From positions 1 through 64,000 of the forward strand of contig JAYKGY010000135.1 of the NCBI GenBank assembly GCA_035285545.1: a stretch of 64,000 nucleotides of DNA. The letters are read 5' to 3'. The DNA comes from Snowella sp. GTDB taxonomy: Bacteria > Cyanobacteriota > Cyanobacteriia > Cyanobacteriales > Microcystaceae. Of this stretch, positions 63,057-64,000 are shown one piece after another; positions within the stretch are counted from its first letter, which is position 1; each line of letters opens with the position of its first letter. Under the pieces are notes generated by a model. That model made no database searches and was not told the origin of the DNA. It worked only from the letters and a program-made list of their open reading frames with translations. Both the position numbers and the translations under genes were made by a program.

Positions 63057-64000
63057 TTAAAAGGCCGATTTAAGGGATTGAACAACAGTACCTGCCGTTT
63101 GTAAATAGGATTCGGTATCGGAAAAAGTTTTAGCTTGGGTGTAGAGTTTACTTTCGATTTCGGTCATGGTTTTTCCGCTGATGAGCACCTGTTCGATTAA
63201 ATCGCCTAAGCCGTAGCCTCTGAGCATATCCCAATCCTTTCCTTGCTTGTCCCAACTGTGAAATAGAATGGAAAACAGCAGGATTTTGGCCCGTAGTGGG
63301 TTGGTGTATTGCATGATCTCTAAGCGCATTTCAAAGAGATTATAGGTTTTGAGCGTTACGCCAGGGGCGGGGGTATCAAGATTGGAGGAAGATTTTAAAA
63401 CGGTGGCAATGGGTTCGGCGTTGATGTCAATAATCGAGGTTTGAATGTCTCGCTGACGATTGGCGTTAACCAGGGCCAAGGGTTTATCGGTTTGTAAAAT
63501 TTGTGTTTTGAGAATTTGGCTTTTTTGTCCCTCTTCTACGGATTCGTCTGCATCAAAGTTGTCGTATAAACAATCCATTTGGGATAGGATCAGGTTCGCG
63601 ATCGCGAGATACAGGGTTTGCTTATTTATATTAGCGACTAATTGATTAAAAACCGATTGAATTTCCCCTTTAGTGGGGTACATATCGCGGAGTTCGACAA
63701 TCAAATTTTTCACCCCATATTGGGTAATCACTGCGGGATCATTTTCCCAGGCATCCTTACAAGCAGCGTAGAGGAGCTTAATCATACGGCTAGACTCCGA
63801 ATGATTAGTCAGTTTATGGGCAATTTGTTCCGCTAAAAAATCTTGATCAACAATCTGGGTTTCTTTTTTACTAAAAGATTGATTTAAAACCGTTAAGTCT
63901 CCCTCCGCCGCCTGTTGTTGCTGACTGCTTTTGGAAATCTGCTGATAAACGGGGCCCAATTGATCCAAAATTAATTTGGCAACGCCTGCATAAACCTTCG
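63057..64000 (-). CDS. Cyanobacterial hypothetical protein with repeated helical domains, 5'-truncated by the window edge
   Basis: Frame stays open to base 64000; repeated R.IKLL../RAKILLF units. Confidence 0.65.
   Translation of the reverse strand, partial: KVYAGVAKLILDQLGPVYQQISKSSQQQQAAEGDLTVLNQSFSKKETQIVDQDFLAEQIAHKLTNHSESSRMIKLLYAACKDAWENDPAVITQYGVKNLIVELRDMYPTKGEIQSVFNQLVANINKQTLYLAIANLILSQMDCLYDNFDADESVEEGQKSQILKTQILQTDKPLALVNANRQRDIQTSIIDINAEPIATVLKSSSNLDTPAPGVTLKTYNLFEMRLEIMQYTNPLRAKILLFSILFHSWDKQGKDWDMLRGYGLGDLIEQVLISGKTMTEIESKLYTQAKTFSDTESYLQTAGTVVQSLKSAF

Overview
64 kb of a unicellular cyanobacterial chromosome, most like Synechocystis-related Chroococcales. This rests on the dense HIP1 octamers (GCGATCGC) and on ndhH, pds-crtB, psbZ-ribH, apcABC, comA, pilT2 and an spkF-like kinase. 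Accessory blocks sit between these core genes: (1) a 5'-truncated AT-rich NACHT/STAND NTPase next to a hicBA toxin-antitoxin pair; (2) a small protein made of two tandem NHLP/Nif11-leader-like units directly upstream of an ABCD/BacA-type ABC transporter; (3) an islet after crtB with a putative ART/RES-fold protein, a DUF6575-like partner, a membrane pentapeptide protein, and hicB with a broken hicA; (4) a 12.7 kb glycosylation cluster between comA and pilT2 (multi-module GT4/GT2, two GT-C-like membrane proteins, GtrB/GtrA-like pair); (5) a light-signalling cluster with a biliverdin-type bacteriophytochrome (CphB-like), its response regulator, a DXCF cyanobacteriochrome hybrid kinase and a REC-kinase; (6) phnD-C-E without catabolic genes; (7) a flippase-FkbM-asparagine-synthase-like polysaccharide module beside an IS701 remnant. 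I saw no rRNA, tRNA or CRISPR array. The best candidates for undescribed systems are (2) and (3). All family calls come from motif recognition by eye, not database searches.
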